Of a stretch of DNA of 64,000 bases, positions 19,952-30,789 are shown piece after piece. A program made the position numbers and the translations under genes. The notes under the pieces are model-generated. The model did not search any database. It was not told where the DNA came from and saw only the letters and a program-made list of their open reading frames with translations. Position 1 is the first letter of the stretch, and each line of letters begins with the position of its first letter. The stretch comes from Longimicrobiales bacterium (GTDB lineage: Bacteria; Gemmatimonadota; Gemmatimonadetes; Longimicrobiales; Gaopeijiaceae), in NCBI GenBank assembly GCA_965198065.1, contig CBDAON010000004.1, positions 384,001 to 448,000 of the forward strand. The letters run 5' to 3'.

Positions 19952-21358
19952 TTACCCTTCCCAGTTCAGCGCGGCGAGAATCTCCTCACTCGACGTGCAT
20001 TTCACTCGCGGCCGCCCCTGTGGTTCTCCCCGCGCCGTCTCGAACTGATTGATCCGCTGCCAGTCGGCGTACGTTACCAACGCGGGCTGCCGCTGCCTGA
20101 CGAACGACTCTACGCTCGCGGGCTCCGGATGAGCAGGTGACGGCAGCGTTTCCAGCTCCAGATCTTCCAGCATCGCCTTGACCGTCTCCGCCGCGTCCGG
20201 CTTGTTGGTGCCGATCACGCCACTCGGGCCACGCTTGATCCACCCGCTAACGTAGACGCCCGGCATCGGCGCGGCGCTGGGGGAAGTGAGCACCCGCCCG
20301 GCCTCGTTCGGCACCACGCCCCACTTCTGGTCGAAGGGCAAGTCCGCTAGCGGGACACCGTGGTACCCGACCGACCGGAAGACCAGGCCCACGGGAAGCA
20401 GCTCGGACTCATCCGTGGCTTCAGCTCGGAGCCTCCCGCGTCCGTCCGCAACGAGCCGGTTGCGTACGAGCCGCAAACCCACCACCTGACCGTCCTCGTT
20501 TCCCACCAGCTCCGCGGGAGACACCAGAAAACGGATCGTAAGCGTGCGAGGCTTCCCGGCCGGCGAGCGGGCCGCGAACTCTCGCAGGATTTCCAGCTTC
20601 CGATGAAGACTGCGTTCATCGCTCTGCTCCACTTCCGCGCGGCTCAGCGGATCCAGCTCGACCTCACCTTCTCGCACCCGAAGGTCGGCCCCGGCGAGCT
20701 CCCCGAGCTCCTTCACTTCCGCGTTGGTGAAGGCAGCCTGCGCGGGTCCTCGCCGGCCCAGCATGTACACTTCCTTTATACGGCTCTTCCCGAGGGCCTC
20801 CAGCGCATAGTCCGCGATGTCTGTAGTGGCAAGCTCCTCCGCCGAACGGCTGAGGATGCGGGCTACGTCCACCGCCACGTTGCCTACGCCCACTACGGCG
20901 ACCCGCTCGACAGAGAGATCGAAGTGGCAGTCCCGATACTCCGGATGCCCGTTGTACCACGCGACGAACTCGGTGGCAGCGTGACTGCGAGCCAGGTCTT
21001 CGCCGGGGATGCCCATCTGCCGGTCGGTCTGCGCACCGGTGGTGAAGCAGATCATGTGATAGTGGCGCCTGAGCTCGTCCAGGGTCACGTGCGAGCCCAC
21101 GTCCACGTTCCCGAAGAAGCGGAAGCCGGGTTTCGCGGCCGTTTTCTCGAACTGGCGTGCCACCCGCTTGATTTCCTCGTGGTCCGGCGCTACGCCGAAG
21201 CGGACCAGGCCAAACGGCGTCGCCAGACGCTCGTAGAGATCCACGGTCACTACGAGGTTCGGCTTGGCCAGCAGATGCTGCGCCACGAAGAAACCTGCGG
21301 GCCCCGAGCCCACAACGGCCACGCGCAGCGGCTGATCGGCAGTACCTGGGCTTGCCAT
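19952..21358 (-). CDS. Ferredoxin-NADP+ reductase (FprA/adrenodoxin reductase type)
   Basis: VVGSGPAG, GLVRFGVAPDH, VGVGNVAVDVAR, GWIKRGPSGVIGTN. Confidence 0.93.
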   Translation of the reverse strand: MASPGTADQPLRVAVVGSGPAGFFVAQHLLAKPNLVVTVDLYERLATPFGLVRFGVAPDHEEIKRVARQFEKTAAKPGFRFFGNVDVGSHVTLDELRRHYHMICFTTGAQTDRQMGIPGEDLARSHAATEFVAWYNGHPEYRDCHFDLSVERVAVVGVGNVAVDVARILSRSAEELATTDIADYALEALGKSRIKEVYMLGRRGPAQAAFTNAEVKELGELAGADLRVREGEVELDPLSRAEVEQSDERSLHRKLEILREFAARSPAGKPRTLTIRFLVSPAELVGNEDGQVVGLRLVRNRLVADGRGRLRAEATDESELLPVGLVFRSVGYHGVPLADLPFDQKWGVVPNEAGRVLTSPSAAPMPGVYVSGWIKRGPSGVIGTNKPDAAETVKAMLEDLELETLPSPAHPEPASVESFVRQRQPALVTYADWQRINQFETARGEPQGRPRVKCTSSEEILAALNWEG

Positions 21359-21664
21359 CCGTGTCGGTCGGGGGATTCGGGTGTCGACCCGGTCTTCACT
21401 CTGGAGGAATGGCCGTCCAAGGCCCGCTTCAAACGCCCGGGAAGGTACAGCGCGGGGTTCCGGGGGACCAGTTGAAACCCTCCCCTTCCACCGAGGCGCG
21501 GAGAAAGGGCAGAATGCAAGCGCACTGAACCTCTGTGACGAGCCACGCGTATCCGCCTCGCGCTGGCGCGCGAGCCTACTAACCCTAAAGTTGAGCCCAG
21601 GCCCAAAGCCCACACGCCTGTTGCGGCGACGTCGCCCCATGGGTTTACGAAAGAGGAGCCTCCG

Positions 21665-22849
21665 ATGAGATCGTCACGCGCCATGATTCCCATGTTCCTT
21701 GTCTTCTCCGCCATCATCCTCGCAGGCTGCGCCGAGAGTGCAGACACTGCGGGCTCGACCATGGCACAGGGGGGCATGGTGGCGGGAGAGAGCTACTTCC
21801 CCAACCCGATCACGGGTGAGGGAATGCCGAACCCGAACCCGAATCGGATCGGGAGCTGGGCAACCCTTCCCGAGGGACGCGAGTGGGGCTCGACCGCAGG
21901 CATCGACATCTCTCCGACGGACGGCCACGTCTGGGGCTACGAGCGCTGCGCTTCGGGCTCGGCCGGAGGCGCCGGGGTCAACTGTGACAGCAACCCGGTC
22001 GACCCGATCTTCAAGTTCGACCGAAACACGGGCGAGATCCTAGCGAACTTCGGGGCTGGCATCTTCGTCACCCCTCACGGCATCTATGCCGACGACGAAG
22101 GCAACGTCTGGGCCACCGACTTCGCCGGCAACAGTGCGGGCACCAAGGGACACCAGGTCCACAAGTTCAGCCCGGAGGGCGAGCTGCTCCTGAGCCTCGG
22201 CGTCGCCGGCCAACCCGGCAACGGACCCGGCCAGCTCAACCAGCCCAACGACGTCATCGTCGGCCCCGACGGCAGCGTCTATGTCGCCGACGGCCACAGC
22301 GGCCAGGGTATGACGACCGCCCAGCAGATGGCCGAAGGACGTGAGGCGGGGCTCACTGGTCGCATCGTCAAGTTCACGCCCGAGGGTGAGTACATCATGG
22401 AGTGGGGCGAGATCGGCACCGAGCACGGTCAGTTCCGGACGCCTCACGCCCTCGAGTTCGACCCGCAGGGCCGCCTCTGGGTCGCCGATCGGGGCAACCA
22501 CCGCCTCGAGGTCTATGATCAGCAGGGGAACTATCTGGAATCGCGCTACCTGTACGGGCGCGTGAGCGACCTCTTCATCACCGACGACAACATGGTGTAC
22601 GCCGTCGACTCCGAATCGAATCAGGGGCGGCACATCGGCTGGAGCGACGGCGTCCGCATCGGGCCGGTCGATCGGGACTGGCTCGTGGGCTTCATCCCGC
22701 CGTGGGATTCCGACAGCCGGCCGCAAAGTGGCGTGGCGGGCGAGGGCGTAGCGGTCGACGCGGACGGCAACGTGTACGTCGCCGAGGGGCCGGCTTCGCT
22801 CCAGGATGCGGGATCTGCCTTCACGAAGTACGAGGTCGGGGGGATGTAA
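21665..22849 (+). CDS. NHL-repeat lipoprotein (PAL-like beta-propeller)
   Basis: Lipobox LAGC; TPHGI, QLNQPNDV, QFRTPHAL, VADRGNHR. Confidence 0.88.
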   Translation: MRSSRAMIPMFLVFSAIILAGCAESADTAGSTMAQGGMVAGESYFPNPITGEGMPNPNPNRIGSWATLPEGREWGSTAGIDISPTDGHVWGYERCASGSAGGAGVNCDSNPVDPIFKFDRNTGEILANFGAGIFVTPHGIYADDEGNVWATDFAGNSAGTKGHQVHKFSPEGELLLSLGVAGQPGNGPGQLNQPNDVIVGPDGSVYVADGHSGQGMTTAQQMAEGREAGLTGRIVKFTPEGEYIMEWGEIGTEHGQFRTPHALEFDPQGRLWVADRGNHRLEVYDQQGNYLESRYLYGRVSDLFITDDNMVYAVDSESNQGRHIGWSDGVRIGPVDRDWLVGFIPPWDSDSRPQSGVAGEGVAVDADGNVYVAEGPASLQDAGSAFTKYEVGGM

Positions 22850-22894
22850 GGGCCAGGAAGCGGCCGCCACCTATATCCTCCAAGAGGAGTCGCC

Positions 22895-24301
22895 ATGTCG
22901 ACAATCCGCATCGTATTCGCTTTGCTCCTCGTGGTCTCCCCCGCTCGTGCGCAGAGCCCCGACAACCCGTTCCCTGCGTCGATCGAGGCCAACGGAGGCG
23001 TCATCCGGGTCAACTATGTCGAGTTCGCGACCATCCCTGACGTAGACGGCGAGCCCGCCCGGACGATGCATGTGGTGAACGAGCCGGTAACGGGAAGGCT
23101 CTTCGTGAGTGACATGCGGGGACCGATCTACGTCGTAAGCCATGACGGCCAGACCGTCAGCGAGTACGTCGACATCGACGAGCCCCGTTGGGGCGTCAGC
23201 GTCGAGGCGGGCGGCCGGGAGCGTGGGATGCAGAACTTCGCCTTCCATCCCCAATTCGAGGAAGCGGGCACCTCGGGGTATGGGAGGTTCTACACCTGGA
23301 CGGACTCGGATAACACCTCTCCGGCCCCCGACTTCACTCCCACCGGGGACGAGGAAGCCCACCATACGGTGCTCCTGGAGTGGACCGCGGCGGACCCCAC
23401 GGGCGACACGTACGACGGCCGACCGCCAAGAGAGCTGTTCCGCTTCCGACAGCCCTTCGGCAATCACAACGGCGGGTTCCTCGCGTTCAACCCGCTGGCG
23501 TCTCCCGGCGATCCGGACTTCGGGCTCCTGTACATCGGCGTGGCAGACGGGGGGAGTGGGGGCGACCCGATGAACCTTGCCCAGAATCTCGCGAACGGCT
23601 TCGGCAAGATCCTTCGCGTCGACCCGTTCGGCTCCGACAGCTCGAACAGGGCCTACGGCATACCGGACGACAATCCCTTCGCAGACGACGGGGACCCGAA
23701 CACGTTGGACGAGATCTATGCGTACGGCCTTCGGAATCCCCAGCGGGTCGCCTGGGACCCGGCCAACGGAAACATGTACGTGTCGGACATCGGCCAGAAC
23801 CTCGTGGAAGAGGTGAGCCTTGTCACTCTGGGCGCGAATCTGGGCTGGAATACCTGGGAGGGAAGCTACCGATTCCTCTCCCGCTCCGGGCTCGATCTCT
23901 CGAACCCTCGTGGCGACCCCGGCGTGACCTACCCAGTTTCGGAATACGGGCAGGGCGATCCGCTCTTCGGGCCGTGCTGCGCCGCGTCAGGGGTACACGT
24001 CTATCGCGAAACGGAGATCCCGCAGCTGACCGGACTCGTCATCTGGGGAGACAATCCCAGCGGCGAGATCTTCTACTTCGACGCCGACGACCTTCCGGAC
24101 GGTGGTGAGAGATCAGTCCGTCGGATCCTCTTGAACCACGACGGTCGGGCAATGACGCTTCTCGACATCATTCGGGAAAAGAATCGGGAGCAGGGCCGTG
24201 AGCCGGCGAGCCGCGTGGACCTTCGGATCGCCTCCGGCCCGCAGGGACAGATCCTTCTGCTGAACAAGCAGGACGGGATCGTGAGGATGCTCACCCCTTA
24301 G
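22895..24301 (+). CDS. PQQ-dependent sugar dehydrogenase (GSDH) family secreted protein
   Basis: Signal peptide; ERGM..FAFHP, NHNGG, GKILRVDP, YAYGLRNP, DIGQNLVEEV. Confidence 0.88.
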   Translation: MSTIRIVFALLLVVSPARAQSPDNPFPASIEANGGVIRVNYVEFATIPDVDGEPARTMHVVNEPVTGRLFVSDMRGPIYVVSHDGQTVSEYVDIDEPRWGVSVEAGGRERGMQNFAFHPQFEEAGTSGYGRFYTWTDSDNTSPAPDFTPTGDEEAHHTVLLEWTAADPTGDTYDGRPPRELFRFRQPFGNHNGGFLAFNPLASPGDPDFGLLYIGVADGGSGGDPMNLAQNLANGFGKILRVDPFGSDSSNRAYGIPDDNPFADDGDPNTLDEIYAYGLRNPQRVAWDPANGNMYVSDIGQNLVEEVSLVTLGANLGWNTWEGSYRFLSRSGLDLSNPRGDPGVTYPVSEYGQGDPLFGPCCAASGVHVYRETEIPQLTGLVIWGDNPSGEIFYFDADDLPDGGERSVRRILLNHDGRAMTLLDIIREKNREQGREPASRVDLRIASGPQGQILLLNKQDGIVRMLTP

Positions 24302-24438
24302 GGTTCCTGATCTAGACGCTTCGTCCGAGCCACCCTTGGAGGAGATCTTCCTCGGCGTCCGAGAGCGCCTCAGGCCGTCCGGCGCACCGGACCATGCCGC
24401 GCGTTGCTCGGCTCGCCCGCCTACGCTTCTTCCTGAGA

Positions 24439-25211
24439 CTACCGGTGCTCAGGGTTCGGAAAGTCGAACCGACATCCGGCATCCCACTCCGAGCGCTGGT
24501 TTCCGTGAGCGGGAATCCCTCCCTGGTCGCGGAGGGTGCGGGCCAGGTGGAGGAGGTTCCACGTCATGAACGTGGTGTTCCGATTCGTAAAGTCATTCTC
24601 GGGGCCGCCGGAGCCCGGGTCCAGGTAGGAGGGGCCCGGTCCAGCCTCGCCAATCCAGGCCGCATCCGCCTGTGGAGGAATCAGGTAACCGACGTGTTGG
24701 AGGGAGTACAGGATGTTCATGGCGCAGTGCTTGGCCCCGTCCTCGTTTCCGGTGATCAGGCATCCGCTCACCTTGCCGTAGTACGAGTACTGCCCAGCCT
24801 CGTTCAGTTGCACCGAACACGAGTAGAGCCTCTCCACGACCCGCGTACAGACCGAGGACTTTTCCCCCAGCCAGATGGGGGAGCCGAGAACGAGGATGTC
24901 CGCTTTCTCGACCTTTTCGTAAATTCCGGGCCAATCGTCCCGCTCGGCCCCATGCTGCTCCCGCATGTCCGGGTAGACTCCCGGCGCGCGAGCTCGTAAT
25001 CCACGGGCCGAAGCAACTCCACTCCGACCCCCAACTTCTCCATGGTGGCGACGGCGATCCGAATGAGCCCTTCCGTGTGTGACCGTTCCGGCGACGGCTT
25101 CAGGGTGCAGTTGAGGAAGAGGGCGTTCAGATTCGAGAAGTCCCACTGACTCTCACTGCAGAGCCGTTCCTGCCGCTCGCTCAGCACGGCTCGCTCACTC
25201 GAGGGTTCCAT
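24439..25211 (-). CDS. Flavodoxin-fold NADPH-dependent FMN reductase family protein (frameshift near 24985)
   Basis: LNCTLKPSPERSHT in one frame; PGVYPDM...ADILVLGSPIWLGEKSS...GNEDGAKH in another; start overlaps egtD end. Confidence 0.85.
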
Positions 25212-26223
25212 CGCGATCCGCCTCCCGCTCCAGAAAGTGAACGGAAAACCACCCGCGGGGATCGGTCCACCGTCGGATCGTCTCCCAGCCCGCGCTCCGA
25301 CAAAGCGCTTCGAACTGATCCGGGCGGTACTTGTACGAGTGCTCCGTGACGATCTCTTCTCCCTCCTCGAGCCGGATCCGAAGAGGCTCGCCATCGGGGA
25401 ACGCCGGCTCGAGGCTCACGTCCTGCTGCGCCGTGCAGACGAGGCGCATCTCGATGCGGGAGCGCGCCGCGTTCCAGACGGCCCGATGCGCGAAGGAAGA
25501 GACCGCGAAGTCGCCGTCGAACAGCTCGTTTAGGTGCCGAAGCGCGTTCCGGTTGAACTCCGCGGTCACTCCTTCCGGATCGTCGTAGGCCCGCAGCAGC
25601 GGCTCTCTCTCCTTCACGCAGTCCACCCCGATGAGCAGGGACGACCCCGGACCCCCGATCCGACCCACTCGGTGGAGGAACCGCTCCGCTTCGGTGGGCC
25701 TGAAGTTGCCGATGGACGAGCCGGGGAAGAAGAAGAGGAGCCGACCGACTTCCCCCTCCTTGCCGTCGCCCGTTTTCGGCAAGGAGAATGGCTGCGTGTA
25801 GTCCGCCACCACCGGGAGCACGTCCACCCCCGGATACTCGGCCTGGAGTCGATCCGCGAACCCGAGCAGCTGTGTCTCGGAGATGTCGACGGGAATGCAC
25901 CGCGCTGGTCGATCCAGCGAGTCCAGGAGCAAACTAGTCTTACGCCCGCTTCCGGAGCCGAACTCCACGACAGTAGCGTCCGGGCCCACGAGCTCGCGGA
26001 CCTCCTCCAGGCAGGCCTCGAGAATCTCGATCTCGAGTCGCGTCGGGTAGTACGCGTCCAGGCGCGTAATCTCTTCAAAGAGCTCAGCGCCGCGCTGGTC
26101 GTAAAGGAGCTTCTCGGGAATCCGCCGGGGGGTCGATTGGAGACTGCCCGATACCTCCCGGAACAGACGTGAGAGCGGGTCCTGCCCGGTGAGCGCGGAC
26201 TGCGTCCTGGCTCGAGAGAACAC
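25195..26223 (-). CDS. egtD: L-histidine N-alpha-methyltransferase
   Basis: YDQRGAELFEEIT, YYPTRLE, VEFGSGSG, PGSSIGNF, AYDDPEGVTAEFN, TEHSYKY. Confidence 0.95.
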   Translation of the reverse strand: MFSRARTQSALTGQDPLSRLFREVSGSLQSTPRRIPEKLLYDQRGAELFEEITRLDAYYPTRLEIEILEACLEEVRELVGPDATVVEFGSGSGRKTSLLLDSLDRPARCIPVDISETQLLGFADRLQAEYPGVDVLPVVADYTQPFSLPKTGDGKEGEVGRLLFFFPGSSIGNFRPTEAERFLHRVGRIGGPGSSLLIGVDCVKEREPLLRAYDDPEGVTAEFNRNALRHLNELFDGDFAVSSFAHRAVWNAARSRIEMRLVCTAQQDVSLEPAFPDGEPLRIRLEEGEEIVTEHSYKYRPDQFEALCRSAGWETIRRWTDPRGWFSVHFLEREADRDGTLE

Positions 26224-27578
26224 TACCTCGGGTCTTGGGCCAGACGGACCCCGCTGAACTGCCACGCGGCGTCTGGGGGGAAGAAGTTTCGGTAGGTCGC
26301 TCGAACATGTGTCGAGGGCGTGGCGCAGGACCCGCCCCTGAGGACGAATTGGCCGCACATGAACTTCCCGTTGTACTCGCCGACAACCCCTTCGAGGGGG
26401 GCGTATCCTGGATAAGGGGAGTAGGGACTGGCCGTCCACTCCCACACGTCCCCGAACATCTGACGCAGTGATGGGCTCTCTTCGCCGGGCGATCCGGCGC
26501 GCCCGGGGTGGTAGCGTCCCGACTCCGCCAGATTCCCGACGATCGGAAGCTCTGCCGCTGCTACCTCCCACTCGTCCTCGCGCGGGAGCCGAGCGTCGCT
26601 CCAGCGCGCGAAGGCGTCCGCCTCGAACCAGGTCAGATGACAAACAGGCTCTGCCAGGTCGAGGGGGCGCATCCCCCCAAGGGTGAAGATCCACCGCTCG
26701 TCTCCCCTGCGCTCCCAGTAGAACGGCTCGGTCCACCCTTCGGCCTCGCGCCGCGCCCACCCCTCGGACATCCAGAGCTCGGCCCGTTCGTACCCACCGT
26801 CCTCCAGGAAGGCCAGATACTCTCCGTTGGTTGTGAGCCGGTCCGCGAGCTCGAACGGTTCCAGGTAGCGCCGGTGACGTGGCGCCTCGTTATCGAAGTG
26901 AAAGCCCTCCCCCATCCAGCCGACTTCCCGTAAGCCGCCCTCGAAGGTGAGCCAGCGCAGTAGATCCGGATTCGCGGGGGAGCCTTCGCCTCCCGGTTCC
27001 GTGGAGTCCGACTCCCGGTACGCCGGGCGAAGAGGGTTCACCGAGAACACGTGCTTCAGGTCGGTCAGCATGAGCTCCTGATGCTGCTGCTCGTGGTTCA
27101 AGCCGAGCTCCACCAGGGCCGTGAGCTCCGGATCCTTCGCCCCGTCGGATTTCCGCTCGATCAGTTCGAGCATCGCTCCGTCGACGTGACGCCGGTAGTT
27201 CATCACCTCGGGCACCGTGGGCCGCGAGAGATATCCTCGCTGGGCGCGACAGTGTCGTTCACCCGCTTGCACGTAGTACGAGTTGAACAGGTAGTGGTAT
27301 CGCGGGTGGAACGGCTCGTATCCGGGCATCCACCTGGAGAGCACGAAGGCCTCCCAGAACCAGGAGGTGTGGGCGAGGTGCCATTTGGTGGGGCTTACCT
27401 CGTCCATGGACTGCACGACGAAGTCCTCCGCTGCCAGGCCCTCCGTCAGGGCCTCGGTGGCCTCTCGGACGGACTGGAAGCGGGCGCTGATGTGGGAGGC
27501 TGGGTCGCCCACGCGGGTGGCTCGAGCTCCCGTGTGCCGGGTTGGGTGGGTCCTCGCGTGCGTTCCTGGTGTCGTCAT
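26223..27578 (-). CDS. egtB: Ergothioneine sulfoxide synthase
   Basis: SPTKWHLAHT, FNSYY, NHEQQHQEL, FGE-like C-terminus GDVWEW, EYNGKFM, RATYRNFF. Confidence 0.95.
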   Translation of the reverse strand: MTTPGTHARTHPTRHTGARATRVGDPASHISARFQSVREATEALTEGLAAEDFVVQSMDEVSPTKWHLAHTSWFWEAFVLSRWMPGYEPFHPRYHYLFNSYYVQAGERHCRAQRGYLSRPTVPEVMNYRRHVDGAMLELIERKSDGAKDPELTALVELGLNHEQQHQELMLTDLKHVFSVNPLRPAYRESDSTEPGGEGSPANPDLLRWLTFEGGLREVGWMGEGFHFDNEAPRHRRYLEPFELADRLTTNGEYLAFLEDGGYERAELWMSEGWARREAEGWTEPFYWERRGDERWIFTLGGMRPLDLAEPVCHLTWFEADAFARWSDARLPREDEWEVAAAELPIVGNLAESGRYHPGRAGSPGEESPSLRQMFGDVWEWTASPYSPYPGYAPLEGVVGEYNGKFMCGQFVLRGGSCATPSTHVRATYRNFFPPDAAWQFSGVRLAQDPR

Positions 27579-27716
27579 GAAAACGGAATCCCCTCGTAGG
27601 TGTAGCTTGTGAATCCGGATCGCCTTGCGTTTGTTCCGCCCGCGGCCGGCAACTAATCGACCGCCATCTGCGCCCTCAGCTCAAGTTCGCTCGTCGTCGC
27701 TCCCAGCCTGCAGCGT

Positions 27717-29063
27717 TCAAATCCAGCCCAGGACCCAGAGCACGTACACGGCCCCCATCGTCACGACCCCGTTCACGAGCGTGACCCCTCCGTACGAGAG
27801 GAGCGCCGACCGGAGCGGCATGCGCGAGAGGGACGTGCAGACCCAAAAATAGCTCGAGTTCACGTACTTGATGATGATCGAGCCCGCCGCACCCGCGAGC
27901 ATGGTGGCCTCGGGGCTGAGGTCCAGCGTTTCCATCATTGGGGCGGAGATCGCGGCAGCGGTGATGACACCCACAGTCGTGGACCCAGTGATCATGTTTC
28001 CCACGACACCGAGGACGAAGGGGAGGAAGATCGCGGGGAGCCCGGTGGAGGCGACCGCCTCCGCAACCGCGTCCACGGCCGGAGTGGCCCTGAGAATCTG
28101 GCTGAGCGCCCCCCCGAGCCCGGTGACCACGATGATCATGGCCGACGTCTTGAGCCCGTTTTCAACCCACTCCCCCGTGCGTGCTTTGGACTGCTCCCGT
28201 CTGGTGTTCCGGTACGCGAGGAGCACTCCGATGGTGAGCGCGACCACGGGCCAGCCCAGGTAGAGCATCACCGCGTTCGCGAAGTGGTCCTCCGAGAGCG
28301 TGAGCTGGGTCACGCTCAGCCCGGCGATGAGCGCCAGCGGGACCAAGATGGGGGCGTACGCCCAGACCGCCGACGGGAGCTCGCTCTCCCGCCCCTGGTC
28401 GATGAACGACTGGCCCACCCACTCCTCGGAGGGTGCGGACTCGATCCTAGGGCCCACGAGGAGAGCGAAACCCCACCCCGCGAGGGCTCCGGTGAGGCAC
28501 ACGAGGGACCCGAAGAAGATCACGCGCCCGATGTCGGCTCCCACGATGGCCACGGCGGCCAGGGGTCCCGGGGTGGGAGGCACCAGGGCGTGCGTGAGCT
28601 GCATGGCTCCCACCAGCCCCGTCGACATCACGCTCATGTTCAGGCCCGTTCTCAGGGCAGCCGAGTGGACCAGAGGGTTCAAGATCACGTAGCCGACGTC
28701 CGAGAAGATCGCGATCCCGATGACGAGGCCGCTGAGGGTGAGGGCGAGCGGCATGCGACGCTCCCCAACCCACCCGATCATCGTCGTCGTGATGCGCTCG
28801 ACCGCACCCGTGTGCTTCAGGGCTTCGGCCAGGATCGAACCCAGCACGATCACGACCGCGATGCCCCCGATCGTCCTCCCGAACCCTTCCTCGAACGCGG
28901 CGATGAACGCCTCCCGGTCCAGCCCGGGGGCCGCCGCAAAGATGAGGATGGGCACCAGGAAGGCGGCGAAGACGTGCCACTTGTAGCGGGTGATCAGGAG
29001 GAAGAGGAGGACCACCACCGCGGTGAGCCCGGCCAGCGCGATCCAGACGCTTTCGGTGATCAT
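27717..29063 (-). CDS. GntP-family permease
   Basis: Multi-TM; FSDVGYVIL, HALVPPTPGP, GSTTV, VNSSYFW. Confidence 0.9.
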   Translation of the reverse strand: MITESVWIALAGLTAVVVLLFLLITRYKWHVFAAFLVPILIFAAAPGLDREAFIAAFEEGFGRTIGGIAVVIVLGSILAEALKHTGAVERITTTMIGWVGERRMPLALTLSGLVIGIAIFSDVGYVILNPLVHSAALRTGLNMSVMSTGLVGAMQLTHALVPPTPGPLAAVAIVGADIGRVIFFGSLVCLTGALAGWGFALLVGPRIESAPSEEWVGQSFIDQGRESELPSAVWAYAPILVPLALIAGLSVTQLTLSEDHFANAVMLYLGWPVVALTIGVLLAYRNTRREQSKARTGEWVENGLKTSAMIIVVTGLGGALSQILRATPAVDAVAEAVASTGLPAIFLPFVLGVVGNMITGSTTVGVITAAAISAPMMETLDLSPEATMLAGAAGSIIIKYVNSSYFWVCTSLSRMPLRSALLSYGGVTLVNGVVTMGAVYVLWVLGWI

Positions 29064-29223
29064 GGAACTCTGACGGCGTCGCGGAGGAGGAGGACGGGGT
29101 GGAAGGTCCTTCGCCCCGTGCCATGATCGATCTGCTGCTGACAGGAGACCCCGGTCGCGGCGACGAGCGCGTCGTCGGGTGGACGGGCACCGGGAAGTGC
29201 GGGCTCAGAGAGCCCCCCGCCGC

Positions 29224-29253
29224 TTGACACCGTTTTTCGACAATCTCTACTTT
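29224..29253 (+). promoter_or_regulatory. Sigma70-type promoter
   Basis: TTGACA-18nt-TACTTT about 80 nt upstream of the aminotransferase. Confidence 0.55.
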
Positions 29254-29332
29254 GCGCCCGCTCGCCCTCTGGACCGCGCAGAACGGTCCGACGACTCGCC
29301 ACCGTCCCCCCCATCCCCGACGCGGACTCACC

Positions 29333-30517
29333 ATGCCGAGGCACTCCCCCGGCTGGCACTTCCTCCAGATCCCCGGGCCCACGAACGTTCCGGAGCGGGT
29401 TCGCCTGGCCATCGCCCAGCCGACCACCGACCACCGGGGCCCCGAGTTCGCGGAGCTGACCCGCGAGGTGCTCTCCGGCCTCGGCTGGGTACTCGGGAGC
29501 GAGGGGCCCGTGGTCCTCTACCCGGCGTCGGGCACCGGGGCCTGGGAGGCCGCGCTCGTCAACACGATGAGCCCCGGCGACCGTGTCCTCATGTTCGAGA
29601 CTGGGCATTTTGCGGTAGAGTGGTCCGAGGTGGCGCGTCGCTTCGGTCTCGAGGTGGAGATGGTGCCCGGCGACTGGCGTCGCGGCGCCGACCCGGGCGC
29701 CCTGGAGGAGCGGCTGACCGCAGACCGGGAGCACGCCCTCCGGGCGGTGGCTGTGGTCCATAACGAGACCTCGACAGGGACGCTCAGCCGGATCCCCGAG
29801 ATCCGTCGCGCCATAGACAGGGCGGAGCACCCCGCACTCCTCCTCGTCGACACGATCTCGTCGCTCGGTTCGACCCCCTTCCGGCACGACGAATGGCGCG
29901 TGGACGTGACCGTGGGCGCTTCCCAGAAGGGGATCATGCTTCCGCCGGGGCTCGCCTTCAACGCGGTGAGCCGGCGGGCGATGGAGGCCTCGAGGGAGGC
30001 CGCCCTTCCCCGCTCCTACTGGGGATGGGAGCGCATCGTCGCCCGGAACGAGGAGGGCTACTTTCCGTATACGCCCGCCACGAACCTCCTCTTCGGGCTT
30101 CGCGAGGCCCTGGCCATGCTGAAGGAGGAGGGACTCGAGCGCGTTTTCGAGCGCCACGCTCGTCACGGTGCCGCGACCCGGGAAGCCGTGTCGGCCTGGG
30201 GACTGGAGGTGCAATGCGCGAGCGCCGCGGAGCACAGCCCGGTCCTAACTGGCGTCCGCGTCCCGGATGGCCACGACGCGGACCGGGTCCGGAGGCTTAC
30301 GCTGGACCGCTTCAACCTCTCCCTCGGGTCGGGGCTGGGGAAGGTCAAGGGAAGGGTGTTCCGCATAGGGCATCTCGGGGACTTCAACGATCTGATGCTC
30401 CTCGGAACGCTCGCGGGAGTCGAGAGCGGGCTCGCGCTCTCCGGAATCCCCATTCGCCGGGGTGGCGTGGACGCCGCGATCCGCCGGCTCGAGGTCGAGG
30501 ACGGACCGCCTGCGTAG
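29333..30517 (+). CDS. sgaA: Serine-glyoxylate/alanine-glyoxylate aminotransferase (class V)
   Basis: HFLQIPGPTNVPERV, SGTGAWEA, HNETSTG, VDTISS, SQKG, FRIGHLG. Confidence 0.9.
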   Translation: MPRHSPGWHFLQIPGPTNVPERVRLAIAQPTTDHRGPEFAELTREVLSGLGWVLGSEGPVVLYPASGTGAWEAALVNTMSPGDRVLMFETGHFAVEWSEVARRFGLEVEMVPGDWRRGADPGALEERLTADREHALRAVAVVHNETSTGTLSRIPEIRRAIDRAEHPALLLVDTISSLGSTPFRHDEWRVDVTVGASQKGIMLPPGLAFNAVSRRAMEASREAALPRSYWGWERIVARNEEGYFPYTPATNLLFGLREALAMLKEEGLERVFERHARHGAATREAVSAWGLEVQCASAAEHSPVLTGVRVPDGHDADRVRRLTLDRFNLSLGSGLGKVKGRVFRIGHLGDFNDLMLLGTLAGVESGLALSGIPIRRGGVDAAIRRLEVEDGPPA

Positions 30518-30789
30518 TCGTACTTCGGCGGTGAGCCGGTGTCAACAACGATCCGACGCGTTCCGCAGGCGGCCCCCTCGAGTTCGCTCGCAACCCGGTG
30601 AGGCCGCCGTGGCTCCAGCCCGGTGCCAGTCTCCCCTGGCGTTGGACGACGGAGGCCTCTGGCCCCCGGCCATTGCGGAGATCAACATCAGTCCACAGGC
30701 TGAGACGGGACGGAGCCGCAGGCGATGGGCTGGGGCGGTGAGGGTGCGCTCTGCGATGCTGGAAGGCACATCTGAGGGGGTAATGCTCA

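Noticed and set aside
29333..30517. Class V PLP enzyme as the missing EgtE
   Set aside because: Motifs are those of serine/alanine-glyoxylate aminotransferases; separate transcription unit
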